Shown in pieces: positions 36,391-48,794 of a stretch of DNA of 64,000 bases. The notes beneath the pieces were generated by a model. That model had not been told where the DNA came from and did not search any database. It saw only the letters and a list, made by a program, of their open reading frames with translations. How positions within the stretch are numbered: the first letter of the stretch is position 1; every line of letters starts with the position of its first letter. The stretch is from assembly GCA_964106915.2 (NCBI GenBank), contig OZ066918.1; one strand, given 5' to 3'. The translations under genes and the position numbers were made by a program. This stretch comes from Podarcis gaigeae (lineage: Eukaryota).

Positions 36391-39300
36391 AATGAGAGTT
36401 CGATCTAGTAGCTCAGAGCAGGTGAATGAGGGCTTTAGGCTCCACCCTTAGCTCTCAGGAGAAAATGGCTGGGAGTAAAGATGTGCACCTTCCTCTTCCT
36501 ACCTCTAGAAAAGCATGAAAGGCTGTGTGGGGAAGGAAGTTCCTGTAAGAATGTCAGCATTTTAAGACAAATGTATAAAGCTGAGCTGTACAAATTAAAA
36601 CATAACATGCAGTTGCAGCCCACAAAGGATGAGGAATAAATGAAGGGTGCAGACATGGAATGTGTGCAGAAACAGACAGGAGGGTTGGATGAAAGGCAGC
36701 TGTAAAGGTTGGCATGGTTGCCACCCTATTGCCAAAACACCTTTTTACAACTTGGTAAAAATGGCTTAGAAGAAAATGTCATTCTACAGCACACCAAATT
36801 TCATCTCTTTTTACAAAAAGGATAAACACTTTCCCCTTGATAAAAGAGTTTTTCAACTACTGCAGTCTGGCTGTAACTGATCCTCACCTTTGTGTGTTGG
36901 GTATCAGTTGCCTTGTTCTCTGAGCTTTGCAGGTCTCCCCATCATCACTGCAAATGTGGGGCCAGAAAGGTCTTGTTTCCTCTCCATTCATCAACAAAAT
37001 CTCTTAAATAAGCCTAAGGCCACAACTCTTAAGACTGCAGACTCTTACCTGGGAGTAAGCCCCACTGAACTCAGTGGGACTTAATTCTGATTAGACATGT
37101 GTAGCATTACACTTTAAGCGCAGGGCCGTACCCATCAAAGTCATTCTAAGAGTAGACTCATTAAAAGCAATGGACTTGACTAACTTAAATCCACTGATTT
37201 AAATGGCTCTTCCTTGAGTATGACTTAGTTAGATACATCCCAAAGTTATCAGGATCCAAGTTGTGCTGAACTCAGAGAGAGTAAATATACTGTAGCTCAG
37301 GCCACTGAGCACTTAGTTCTGGTTTTTTTTCCAGCTCTCTTTATCAATAAATTTATATATCACCCTTTAACTTTATTTATTTATTTATTTATTTATTTAG
37401 TAATTAATTAACTAGCTAGCACTTAAGCACACTTACCTATTTGAGGGCTGGGGAGGGAAGATCTACATGGCAAGGGAACTGAGTATCTAAAATGAACCTG
37501 CCCCATCGTTAAGAGGCTCTGCTCTGAGTGCTGCCACCTGAAGAAGTGTGGTGAGTGGTGATAGGGAAGACAGGGCTTTCCCAGTGAATTCACCCGTGTA
37601 ATGTGGAATACTCTTCCCAGGGACACTTTGCTGGCACCAGCTCTCATTGTCTTTTTGATGCCCGGTGAAGATATTCCTGTACTTGACTACTAATAGATAC
37701 TTAATTTCTGCCATTTCTCACTTTATTGCTAGATTTATTGGTGATTTTATTTGCTATGTTATTGTTTTGTCTGATTTCAATTGTTTTACTATTCTTTCAC
37801 CTGGATGTTTTGGCCAAGCAGCAGCCTAATTTTTGATAGGAGAATGTATGAAAGGATCTCAAGAATGCATGAGAATAGTTTTTTACCAGGGTGTTGCACT
37901 GATTGCCCTCCAGATGCTGTTGGAATCTATTTCTTATTAACTCCAGCCAGCATGTTCAATTGTTGGGAATGATGGGAGTTGTAGTCCAGCAGCACACACC
38001 AAGATGCTTGCTTGTGGGGGTAATGGGACAAAAATTTAAAGGCATTATTTCCACTAGCCTCAGTTATACTAGATTGCTACTGAGGCCAGTAGATATCAGA
38101 TAAACTCACCTTTTCTTGCTCAGAAATGAATTTTTAAAGCACCATTGTAATATTACTTCCTATTTACTTCCTCAGTTTAAATGTTGCTGCTTTTAAGCTT
38201 GTGTACAAGTGTGTGTGCATGCATGACTCATGACTGCAAGGATGTTCTGAGCATTATAGAAAAGAAGTGGCAATGACTGACAAATGGAGACAAACAGGAA
38301 TAGCTAGAAAAATGAGCAATACATGAGAAATGAGAGACACCATGACCCAGACAGCCAAGCAGTTAGGGACATTTGCATCAGACCAGACCAGGTCAGGTGC
38401 AAAGACACTTCCAGGAAGGAAGGGAACCCAAACCACCAAACCCACAACAGCACCTTTCAATAAGAACACTGCGAACACAGCAGTCAAACATGCACTTAAA
38501 AGGAAAGATGGTTTGGGGAAGCAATAAAGTTGTTTATTTGCTCTCCTGGCTTTGGGCATTTTGTTTCAGCACCTGCTCTTTGGGCAGCTTTGAACAGTGC
38601 CATAGATAATAATTTCACAAGAAAGAGTAACTTTAAAAGGTAGTCACTCACTTTCTCTCACACACTTTCCCCCCTCTGCTGTATGATCCACTGAACATAG
38701 CACACCTATCAAGACTGCAAAAGGACAAGGGGGTTTTGCACAACATGAAAGCTACATACTCCATATTTTTCACAAAACACCCACTAGGGAGGCTGGGAAA
38801 CATTTGCTCCAGTTGATGACCACATAGATTTATGATCGTGCTCTACAGAAAATAGCCTCTAGATGCACAATAAATATTAAATCAGCCCAGGAAGCAAGTG
38901 TATTTTTATGCTGAGCAACTTGCTCCAGATCATACACACTGCCTTTCTTGCCAGTAGAGCATATTTTTATTTCTCACTATTGTGAATAGAGGTCTGATCC
39001 ACTCCTATTTGTGCCTCCCCCCCCTTCTCATTGGTTGTTGTGGATCCTGAACTGTATAAAAAAACTTTCACATGTTGCCTCAGTTCTAACCTGAAGCACA
39101 GGTTTAGTCTCCACAGAAGTAAATCATCCTTTCAGGATGAACACAAACAAGTCATATGAATAACACTGCCCAGTGTTGTATCATCCAATTTCACCACAGC
39201 TCTCTGAACAAGCTTAAAGGAAGTTGGGATGAAAACCCCAGAATTCACTACAAGAGACCAAAAGGAACAAAGTCTGTGTAAGTACCTGCACACAGGGCTA

Positions 39301-39691
39301 TATATGAATTAGCACTGGCTCCAATAACTGATTCCAATGAAAAGGATCTCCCACAACTACCAGAAGAGCCCTATACACAGGGGAGATGCAATCCACAGAA
39401 AAGGGCAGAATACATTGTTGTGGTCACATTATGGCCAGTCCCCCAAATGCAACTCACCCCAGAAAAGGTGGTCAGATAGGTGAGCAAATTTAAAGCTATA
39501 CTGTATTGGCAGCATTTCATACACAGCTGAAATAAGCCACAGAAGAAGGACAATTAGCTCAGAGTCCTCTGTTGAAAGTCAAAAATGAGGGTGCTACAGA
39601 ACACTTTAAATGATTGTGTGCACCTATCTGCTGGAAGGAGAAGGAAGGATGCAGACTTCTAGACCTTGGGAAAAAGTACACAGCAAATCTT

Positions 39692-39712
39692 GGAGCTGTC
39701 CTTGGTGCCTAC
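39692..39712 (-). promoter_or_regulatory. RE1/NRSE (REST)-like site in a KCNIP2 intron
   Basis: GTAGGCACCAAGGACAGCTCC versus consensus TTCAGCACCNNGGACAGCKCC; right half and spacing perfect, left half degenerate. Confidence 0.4.
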
Positions 39713-40827
39713 TCCCACTGCAATTTCATTTTCCCATTTAAAACATCCAGGGTAGCCAAATCAAACAACTTCTCCCTCCTCACTCAGAAACAACTAACAC
39801 CAAAAGATATATAAAGCTGTAATAAAGCAAAACTAAAAATGTCACTAGAGTAGAACCTTTGGTTAATAGAACCTTGCTTGTGGAATTCTTTCCTCAGGGA
39901 TACTTACCAGGCACTGATTTCTTTTGCCAGACTCGTGCTGTGCAGGTGTTTTGGACTGCAACTCCCTCCATCCCCAGACAGCACAGGTTGCAAGAAAGAT
40001 TCTTTGCAGTATCTTTGCAGTATTCCATTATTAACCTTCCTCCGTGAAAGTCACTGGCCATTTGGAAAAGGCCATATTTGTGCCTCTGCTGCTTTGGTTT
40101 ACTATACTTTTTTCGGGAACGAACCTTAGAGAGACTGGAATGCCTTAAATAACTAAGGCATAGAGCCCTCAATATGGATAATGACTTGTAGTTGGTATTT
40201 CCCTGTTGCTCTGCAGTGAAGTAACAGGTGGTGGGCAGCTCAGAGGCCTTTCAAGAGCTGCAGGAGATGTCCTATATATTCTTTTACAATGCTAGATGTA
40301 GCCTAAGGGAAAGTGCAGAAGGAGATAATTTCATGTTCCAAAGGAGTGTGGCACCACTGACAATATGGACAATGTACTTATTGGAAGAGCTGCCATGACA
40401 GGGAGGTACATGGCAGCCAGTGGATTGCCAAGATTAGCAACTAGAACCAGGCTTGCTACTATTTCCCCTAAGGTGGGTGCAGAGGACGAGGAAGACAAAC
40501 CTGCTGCTGAGAGGCTGATAAGACCAGAACAGATTTCAATCTCAGAGTAAGCAAAAGGGAACAGACCGAGGATGTGCAGACACCATCCTATATTAATATT
40601 CTCAGCATTACTTTGGCTCTTCAGCACCAAGCTCAGTGTTTTTGATAAGGGCCGATACCATCATTACTGTGAAAACTCCCCTTCTGAGTGAGCAGGATGG
40701 AAAGATCTCAAAGACGATTTGCTGTTCTTGCAACATTTGCTGGTTCATGTATTCTATAGTACATAATTTGAAGGGGGTATGTTTGGCAAGCTTAGACTCT
40801 CAACTGTCCCCTAGAAGATGAGAGCCT

Positions 40828-41028
40828 AGGGAATATAGGAAGCTGCCTTATACTGAGTTATACTGCCTTATACCTTGGTCAATCTAGCTCAGTACTGTCT
40901 ACACTGATAGGCAGAGGCTCTCCCAGGTTTCAGGCACTGGACGTTCTCAGCCCCACCTGGAGATATGGGGGATTGAACTTGGGACCTTCTGCATGCAAAG
41001 CAGATGCTCTGCCATTGTGCCACAGCTC
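40828..41028 (-). mobile_element. tRNA-derived SINE (Squam2-like)
   Basis: ggaagctgccttatactgag...ctagctcagt...ggattgaacttgggaccttctgcatgcaaagcagatgctct. Confidence 0.75.
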
Positions 41029-44000
41029 AGAGTCCCTCTTGTCCAGGATTTCACAGCAGATGCCACGAGAGGAAGCTGCTGCTCATGATGCAGCATGACA
41101 TACCCAGAAGCTCCACAGATATTCTGGTAGGAACATGTTTAAGGAAACTGTGAGCATGCAAGCTGAATTTTATGCCACATGGGCAATATGGAGTCTTCAG
41201 GTCTACTTACTCCAGAAAATGGATGGGTTATATTGGGGGGCCTCTGGTTTGAGGTTACCTATCACTACCCTTGTTCACATTTTAATCCCACAGACAGTTC
41301 TCAGGATCCACAACTGAGCCCATTCATCCCAGTGTGGGTAATCAACTCATCAATTTCAATCTGCACTTTTGCCCAACATCCATCTCAGACTAGATTATGT
41401 GTGAATATTCCCTGGCCAGGCTTTTATCTCCTCCTCCGCTCCCTTTCCAAGCTGTCACATTCCCTTGCCCCACTCTGAGGCCTCCGTTTCCTGCCAACTG
41501 CTCTTCTGAATTATTGATGCCGGTACTTCAGGAGCCATAATCAATAAAGCCAGCTTTTTCATCCTCCCCATCACCCCCACCCCGTTAAAAATGCTCAGAA
41601 GAGCAGCAACCTTTGGGCCACCAATGAGTCAGCACCTTTGTGGGTTTGTGGAGAGTAGTAAAGATGGTGCTCTAAAGAACCGTGGGTTTCAAAAATGACT
41701 CTCCCAACACCATTAGTCCCTGGCATGGCATGCCTGTGATGATGCAGCAAGGCTTCAAAGCAGATGGCACCACCTCTCCAAACTACTAGGGGACACCACA
41801 TTCCACCTTGAAGGGCCATGAATATGCCAAGGTTGTTAAGGGAGGGAGTTACTGGCATGGTGGGATATAAATAGCACTCAGAGAAAGCGTATACACCAAA
41901 GACGGGGACAACATCCTATCTGATGGCTCTAGAGCATGTGCAGACCATCTAGTTGCATGGGGTATTGGCAGGAACAAAGGGAAAAGCAAGCTGAAAATAT
42001 AAGGGGCAGCCTGCCACCATTTCTATGTGTCTCCTTTTCTGGACACATCCTTAAACTTATATGTAAATAAAGCACTCTTTTCACTGCTGCCCACCCCCAA
42101 TGCTAAGAAGTAGACTCATGTTGCTTGTAGACTCAGTGATGTCTTTCTAAGCAAACGATATCAAACCGCACATTGTGAAACACCAGTCATAAAGTCTGCA
42201 CACATGACACTGTTTGACAGCATGAATGAAATGCAGAAGATGTGCACCAGCACATCTACACATTCAAAGGCGGTAGAAAAGTCCTCCCCCCCAAAAAAGA
42301 AATATTTTGAAATAATAATGATCATCCTTGGCATTAGGTAGCACTTTAGAAGTCTTCAGAACACTCTGCATACACACCGTATTGTAATACAACAGTCATG
42401 CAAGGTAGGTCAGTGATATATTCTCCATATTTTATACAAGGAGGTAGATGAAGCTGAGAGAGGGAGGGTTGCCTAAGGCCACCCCTAAGACTTCACAGCA
42501 GAGACAAGATATGAAACGGGATCTTTCAGTTTTACAGTTCTCTCTACCAGATGCACATTATCCATTATCTATACATTTTAGTACATCATAAATAAAAGGA
42601 ATTTTTCAGGCATAAGAGAAGAGGCTATCACCTTCCGAGTTTTCTTGCCTTCAACACTTATGCCATCAACATCAGCTGCAATCCCTGGTATCATCCGATG
42701 AATGTGTGTTGCACAAAATACATGTCAGGGTATCCATGAAGCCAAAATACACAAAGTTCATGACAGAGGCAACCAGAATGAAGTTCAAGACACATACCTC
42801 TGCTTTAGCATAGGACAGTATGTATGCTATGCAAACTCTTAAAATAAAAATCATGGGTTAGGAAAACTCACATTCTGAGTTATTGCAAGAAAATGTTTTC
42901 CCCCCCATGAAACCAGCAGCTGTGGCAGTAATGATGATCACCAGCTTTTTAAAAGGATTGCAGTCAGGACAGAACATAACTCTTATCCAGTACTACAAGA
43001 CACAGGATCAAACAAAGGAAACCCCTACCCCCAATATTCAAGATTGGTTACCAACAGATGGGGACAAAGAAAAGTGGATGACTTTCTCCATCACCTCCAG
43101 GAGCATCTGGCTGGACACTGCTGGAGGGAGCATGAGGGACTAGTTGGACCGTAAGCTTAATCCATTGAATAATTATTCTGACTTTATCTTTGCAGCCATA
43201 AGAAACAAGCACTTGGGCTTGTAATGAAAGCATGGATTCTTAAGAGGCTGAATTGTGGGCCCCACAACAATCTCAACTTGTGCATGGCTCAGTCAAAGAC
43301 CTGCTGAGTCTATTCATTAAGACAACGCTAGTTGTTCTTGGGTTACAGTAGCACCCCCATGCTCAGCCCCTGCAAAAAGTAAGGGAAAATGTTCCTGCCT
43401 ATGGCCCCCCAAAGGCATAGGTAGCGAAGCTGGACAATGAAAGAGAAGAAGACAGAAAACTTGCCTTCGGTGCAGTTTTGGATGGGAAGAGAGAAAGGTG
43501 GTGCAGCTCTTTCTTCATTGTTCCACCAATGTTACAGTAAGCCTACTTTTCAGCCAGAGCTCACAGGAGAAATAGAAAGTAGGGCTGTTCATACGGATTA
43601 TAGCCAAAGCCTCAATCCCAGCATTAACAATCTGGTATTATCAGGCCCCATCCAAAAGAAGCCATTTTTAACTTGGGGTTGGGATGGGGGAAATTCCTAC
43701 AGATCTTTTATTTGCACTCTTCCACAATTAAAGATCAAAGAGATCCAACATATTTCAGTCTATAAAGCACAAAGCCTTGTATCCATTAACACAGCTTTCA
43801 TTAGGATAAGCTCACTGTTTCTGTGCAATCAGCTTCCACTCACAGCCACCTTGCTGAGTGCTCAGCAGTTCTCGTGAGCCAAGACTGAGCCCTAGCACTG
43901 AGCCAGACCTTCCTTTGACAAATTCACCCTGTTCCATCTTTATGCCCGCACAATGCCAAACTTTATTTTAGCCTTTACCCAGTAATACGGCAATGCCAGC

Positions 44001-44734
44001 AGAGCTTTTTCCTCTGTGTGCGTTACATTGCCAGGGGGGCAGGCCAGGCAGAATAAATTTCAAGGCCCCTCCTTAGAGTTGTTTATCTTTAAATGGACTT
44101 GCACCAGACGGCTCTTCAAATAGAACTTTCGGATAGAGGACTGTGCTTTCTATACTTCAGATAGAGGACCATGCATATGACCACCTTATGTATGTAAGAG
44201 TTTATTAATAGTAAACAGACATCATTTGAGGGGCTTTTTCAGTTTTGCTCTCTCCATACTTTTAAAGTTTTAGGATTCTTTTTCAGTTTTTCTTTTTTAA
44301 AAGTATTTGAATCTTACATTTTGTGGCATTTCATAGTATATAAAGTCTAATAGCAGAAAACAAGGTTTTTAAATATCTGGGGGAGGGGAAATATTCCTTG
44401 GGTAGAACATCATCATGAAATACATAAACACCAACTCCTTTCAGCTGAGCATCATCCTGAAATTCAGTAGGCCTGGACAGATTTTACTTCTGCTTAAACA
44501 ATCACAACTTGGTTATGGGAGACTAAAGGAGGGTTAACTCCTGCTCTCCAAGGGGACTAGTTTGACAGGAGGAACTGCTGTACCCATGCAGGAGAGGCAG
44601 AATAAAAGAATAAAATAGCAATCACCAAAAGATTCACAAAATGGGAGGAAATAAAAAACCCACAGTAGGACAATACTTTAATTAGAACCAATCATGATGC
44701 CACAAAATAATTAGCAAGTTTTTGATCTCTCCAG

Positions 44735-47279
44735 AATAATAATAATAATAATAAATTTTATTTATATCCCGCCCTCCCCAGCCGAAGCCGGGCTCAGGGT
44801 GGCTAACAACACTAAAACAATACAACATTATAAAACATTATAAAAATGAATTAAAATCAAAATTAATGGCAACCATAAACTAAAGTCTTGTAAAGATTGC
44901 CAAAGGAGGGAGTCAGGCTGCGCCCTGACCAAAGGCCAGGTGGAACAGCTCTGTCTTGCAGGCCCTGCGGAAAGATGTCAAGTCCTGCAGGGCCCTTGTC
45001 TCTTGTGACAGAGCGTTCCACCAGGTTGGAGCCGCAGCCGAAAAAGCCCTGGCTCTAGTTGAGGCCAGCCTAACCTCTCTGTGGCTTGGGACCTTCAAGG
45101 TGTTTTTATTTGAAGACCGTAAGTTCCTCTGTGGGGCATACCAGGAGAGGCGGTCCCGTAGGTACGAGGGCCCTAGGCCGTATAGGGCTTTGAAGGTTAA
45201 AACCAGCACCTTAAACCTGATCCTGTACTCCACCGGGAGCCAGTGCAGCTTATATAGCACCGGATGAATGTGATCTCTAAGCGAAGACCCCGTAAGGAGT
45301 CTCGCTGCGGCATTCTGCACCCGCTGGAGTTTCTGGGTCAGTCTCAAGGGCAGCCCCACGTAGAGCGAGTTACAATAATCCAGTCTGGAGGTGACCGTCG
45401 CGTGGATCACAGTGGCTAGGTCAGGGCGAGAGAGGTAAGGAGCCAACTGCTTAGCTTGGCGGAGATGAAAAAATGCCGCCTTTGTTATAGCTGCAATCTG
45501 CGCCTCCATGGAGAGGGAGGTATCGAAGATTACACCCAAACTCTTAACGGACGGTGCTGGCACTAATTGCACCCCCGCAAGAGATGGGAGTTGCCCCCTC
45601 AGTCCCATGTCGTCCCGTCCCAGCCAGAGGACCTCTGTCTTCGAAGGATTTAACTTCAACCGGCTCCCACGAAACCATCCAGCCACAGCCTCCAAGCATC
45701 TGATCAGTGTGTCTGGGGCCGAGTCTGGGTGGCCGTCCATCAACAGATAGAGTTGGGTGTCATCAGCATACTGATGGCAGCCCAGCCCAAAACTCCGGAC
45801 AAGCTGGGCGAGGGGGCGCATAAAGATGTTAAAAAGCATCGGGGAGAGTATTGCACCCTGGGGCACACCACACACCAAGGAGTGGCGGGATGACAATTCC
45901 CCCCCAAGCGCCACCCTCTGTCCCCGACCAGAGAGAAACGAGCGCAGCCATTGAAGGACTGTGCCCTGGATCCCCACGTCGGCAAGGCGGTGGTCCAGGA
46001 GTTCGTGATCGACCATGTCAAAGGCTGCTGACAGGTCTAGAAGAATCAGCAGCCCCGACCCGCCTCGATCCAGCTGCCTGCGGAGATCATCTGTTAGGGC
46101 GACCAGAGCCGTCTCGGTCCCATGACCAGCGCGGAAGCCGGACTGGAATGGATCCAGAGCTGATGTTTCATCCAGAAACCTACCAAGCTGTTCAGCAACC
46201 GCTCTCTCAATCACCTTACCCAGGAATGGAAGATTCGAAACTGGGCGGTAATTGGATAGATCTAAAGGATCTAATGATGTTTTCTTTAAGAGCGGGCGCA
46301 CCACTGCCTCCTTCAGTTCCCCTGGGAATGTCCCGGTGCCAAGGGACAGATTGATGATATCCCCCAGGGGGGCCCGCACCTCGTCTGGACACGCTCTAAT
46401 CAGCCAGGACGGGCACGGGTCGAGAGGACAGGTGGTGGGCTTTCCAGCTCGGAGGAGTCTGTCCACATCGGCTGGGGATATCCAGTCAAAGTGGTCTAAT
46501 ACTGAACCCGAAGACAGTCGAGGGGCCTCCAGTTCCTTTATTGTATCCAAATTGGCAGGGAGGTCATGGCGGAGCAACAAGACCTTCTCCGCAAAAAAGC
46601 TCGCGAATGCCTTACAGCTGTGTGTCAAATTGTTATTTAAATTTGGCTGTCCTTCAAGGGACGTTAAAGACCGAATTATACTAAATAATTGCGCCGGGCG
46701 AGAGCTAGCGGATGCAATGGAGGCCGAGAAGTAGGACTTCTTAGCGGCCTTCACTGCCATCTCGTAGGTTTTCATAAAAACCCTATAAGATGTTCTTGAA
46801 GCTCCGTCACGGGCACCCCGCCATACTCGCTCTAGCCGTCTGAGGTCCCGCTTCATTTTCCGGAGCTCCTCAGTAAACCAGGGAGCCCGGTTTCTGCGGG
46901 GTCGCAGAGGGCGCTTAGGTGCGATCTCATTGATGGCTGCTAGGAGCTGGGTATTCCAGGCCTCAACAAGCTCAGTCAATGAGTCGCCAGGGGGAGAAAG
47001 GTCCCGCAAGACTTGACGGAATCTATCAGGGTCCATCAGCCTCTGCGGGCGAGCCCAAATTGGCTCGCCACCCAAGCAGGGTGGGGGTGGAACGTCAATC
47101 CTGGCTTTCAGAGCATAGTGATCAGACCATGGCACCTTCATCGAAGGAAACATGATCACATCTATACCGATGCCAAAGATCAAATCCAGCGTGTGGCCTG
47201 CTTGATGTGTGGGGCCCGAAACAAACTGGGAGAGCCCTAGTGTCGCCATGGAAGACACCAGGTCCAGAGCCTGTGAGGA
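44735..47279 (-). mobile_element. L2-clade LINE, 5'-truncated, young
   Basis: Long RT ORF; 3' end gggcgggatataaataaa followed by a (TTA)n tail; GC/CpG-rich relative to the flanks. Confidence 0.93.
44913..47258 (-). CDS. L2 LINE ORF2 remnant (end of AP endonuclease plus reverse transcriptase)
   Basis: 781 uninterrupted codons: PTHQAGHTLDLIF/SDH (APE C-terminus), NYRPVSNLPFLGK, QSGFR, LDLSAAFD, GVPQG, YADD, SRLDYCNSL. Confidence 0.9.
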   Translation of the reverse strand: MSSMATLGLSQFVSGPTHQAGHTLDLIFGIGIDVIMFPSMKVPWSDHYALKARIDVPPPPCLGGEPIWARPQRLMDPDRFRQVLRDLSPPGDSLTELVEAWNTQLLAAINEIAPKRPLRPRRNRAPWFTEELRKMKRDLRRLERVWRGARDGASRTSYRVFMKTYEMAVKAAKKSYFSASIASASSRPAQLFSIIRSLTSLEGQPNLNNNLTHSCKAFASFFAEKVLLLRHDLPANLDTIKELEAPRLSSGSVLDHFDWISPADVDRLLRAGKPTTCPLDPCPSWLIRACPDEVRAPLGDIINLSLGTGTFPGELKEAVVRPLLKKTSLDPLDLSNYRPVSNLPFLGKVIERAVAEQLGRFLDETSALDPFQSGFRAGHGTETALVALTDDLRRQLDRGGSGLLILLDLSAAFDMVDHELLDHRLADVGIQGTVLQWLRSFLSGRGQRVALGGELSSRHSLVCGVPQGAILSPMLFNIFMRPLAQLVRSFGLGCHQYADDTQLYLLMDGHPDSAPDTLIRCLEAVAGWFRGSRLKLNPSKTEVLWLGRDDMGLRGQLPSLAGVQLVPAPSVKSLGVIFDTSLSMEAQIAAITKAAFFHLRQAKQLAPYLSRPDLATVIHATVTSRLDYCNSLYVGLPLRLTQKLQRVQNAAARLLTGSSLRDHIHPVLYKLHWLPVEYRIRFKVLVLTFKALYGLGPSYLRDRLSWYAPQRNLRSSNKNTLKVPSHREVRLASTRARAFSAAAPTWWNALSQETRALQDLTSFRRACKTELFHLAFGQGAA

Positions 47280-47665
47280 GAACAGTTTCTCAGAATGTTA
47301 AACAAAATAAAACAAGGTTGGAGCGAGGGGGGAGCTGCAGAATGAAACAGTCTTAAGATGGGCTCTGCTCTGTTGGGAACAAAAGGAGTAATAGTCTTAT
47401 TAGAGTTTGCTATTTTGAAAAAAGAGCTACGTGTTCTACAGGTGTGGGGAACATTTGGCCTTCCTGGTGTTGCTGAACCACAACTCCCACCACCCTGGCC
47501 ATTGGCCATGCTTGTTGGGGCAGATGGGAGTTGTAGTCCAGTAACAACTTGAGGGCCAAAAGTTGTCCACACCTGTTGTGCAGTGAGCACAGAATTACAA
47601 AATGTTAAATCTGTGTATGTGTGTATTTTCACGTTTTCCTCATTTTGTGAGTATGTGTGTATATA

Positions 47666-47854
47666 CAGTGGTACCTCGGTTTATGAACTTAATCCGTTCT
47701 GGAAGTCCATTCTTAAACTGAGGCGTGCTTTCCCGAATGAAGCTTCCACCATTCAGCTTCCATTCGTAGACGGAGGTAAAGTTCGCTAACAGGAACACTG
47801 TTTGTATACCGAATAGTTCATAAATAGGGCTGTTCTTAAACCGAGGTACCACTG
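47666..47854. mobile_element. Non-autonomous Tc1/mariner-pogo MITE, same family as 3827
   Basis: TIRs cagtggtacctcggttta / taaaccgaggtaccactg, TA on both flanks. Confidence 0.9.
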
Positions 47855-48794
47855 TATATACACACACACACACACACACACATGAACAAAATGAGGTAGA
47901 CATGAGGATAGAAGAGTTGCTAATCATTAATTACACTGTGAATAATAGTCCATAGGCTGCCCTGGCACTCACATTAGAGAGGCTTGTTTGGGATCAGGTG
48001 CCTCTGAATTGAATGACTTTCCAAGGGAGGACAGCAAATCAAAAAGAAGCTGCTTTCGCCATCCTGCACCATCTCGGGATTCATCATCTCCCACCTACCT
48101 TGTCCTGCCCTTTTCTTATGCTGGGCAACAGCCAGAAAAAAGCCAGTCTAGTGCTTGGCATAGACACAGGGATGATCAGCATGGACTGCAGTGGGGCTGA
48201 CTGCAGGGCCGCATCCATTAATATCTGCAAACCATTAGGGGATTTTGTTTCACCAGCTGGCATGATGCAGCAGTGCCTGGCCTGGGAGCACTTTTGTGGT
48301 CAGAAATAACACACGGAGGGAGGGGGAGGCAGGGGCCGGAGGATCAGCTCGGAAACAGGGATGGATCCTCACTCATGCCCTTGTACTTGCTGGGTAGGAA
48401 GGTGGAGACCAGGTGAGAGCCATATAGGCCAAAGAGAGCAGGTAGGTTCTCATTTCTGCTTCAAGGATGACAAAAAGATTTGTGGGAGGGAAATGGCACA
48501 TAAGAATTCCTCTCACAAGTTCCCAACACCATATCAGTCTTGAGCAAGGCACTCTAGGGAACTTGTCTTGAGTTACAGGATTTCCCACAGACCTAGTAGC
48601 GATGGCAGGCTATCAGATCAGCTGGCTGGCAGAACTTCAGGAGCCCCTTTTGGCCTGGTCCAGTCATCTTTTACCTTGGCAGGTGGGTGTGACATGGCCA
48701 AAATGGCCTGAAGGGCCCAATGATGTGATGCCTGTCAGGCCTAATTAATCCTATGGCAGTTCCCCTCTCCCACTGCTCTAAAATAAAACTGCAA

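Noticed and set aside
44956-47240. Several plus-strand ORFs of 75-167 aa
   Set aside because: Antisense shadows of the GC-rich L2 ORF2.
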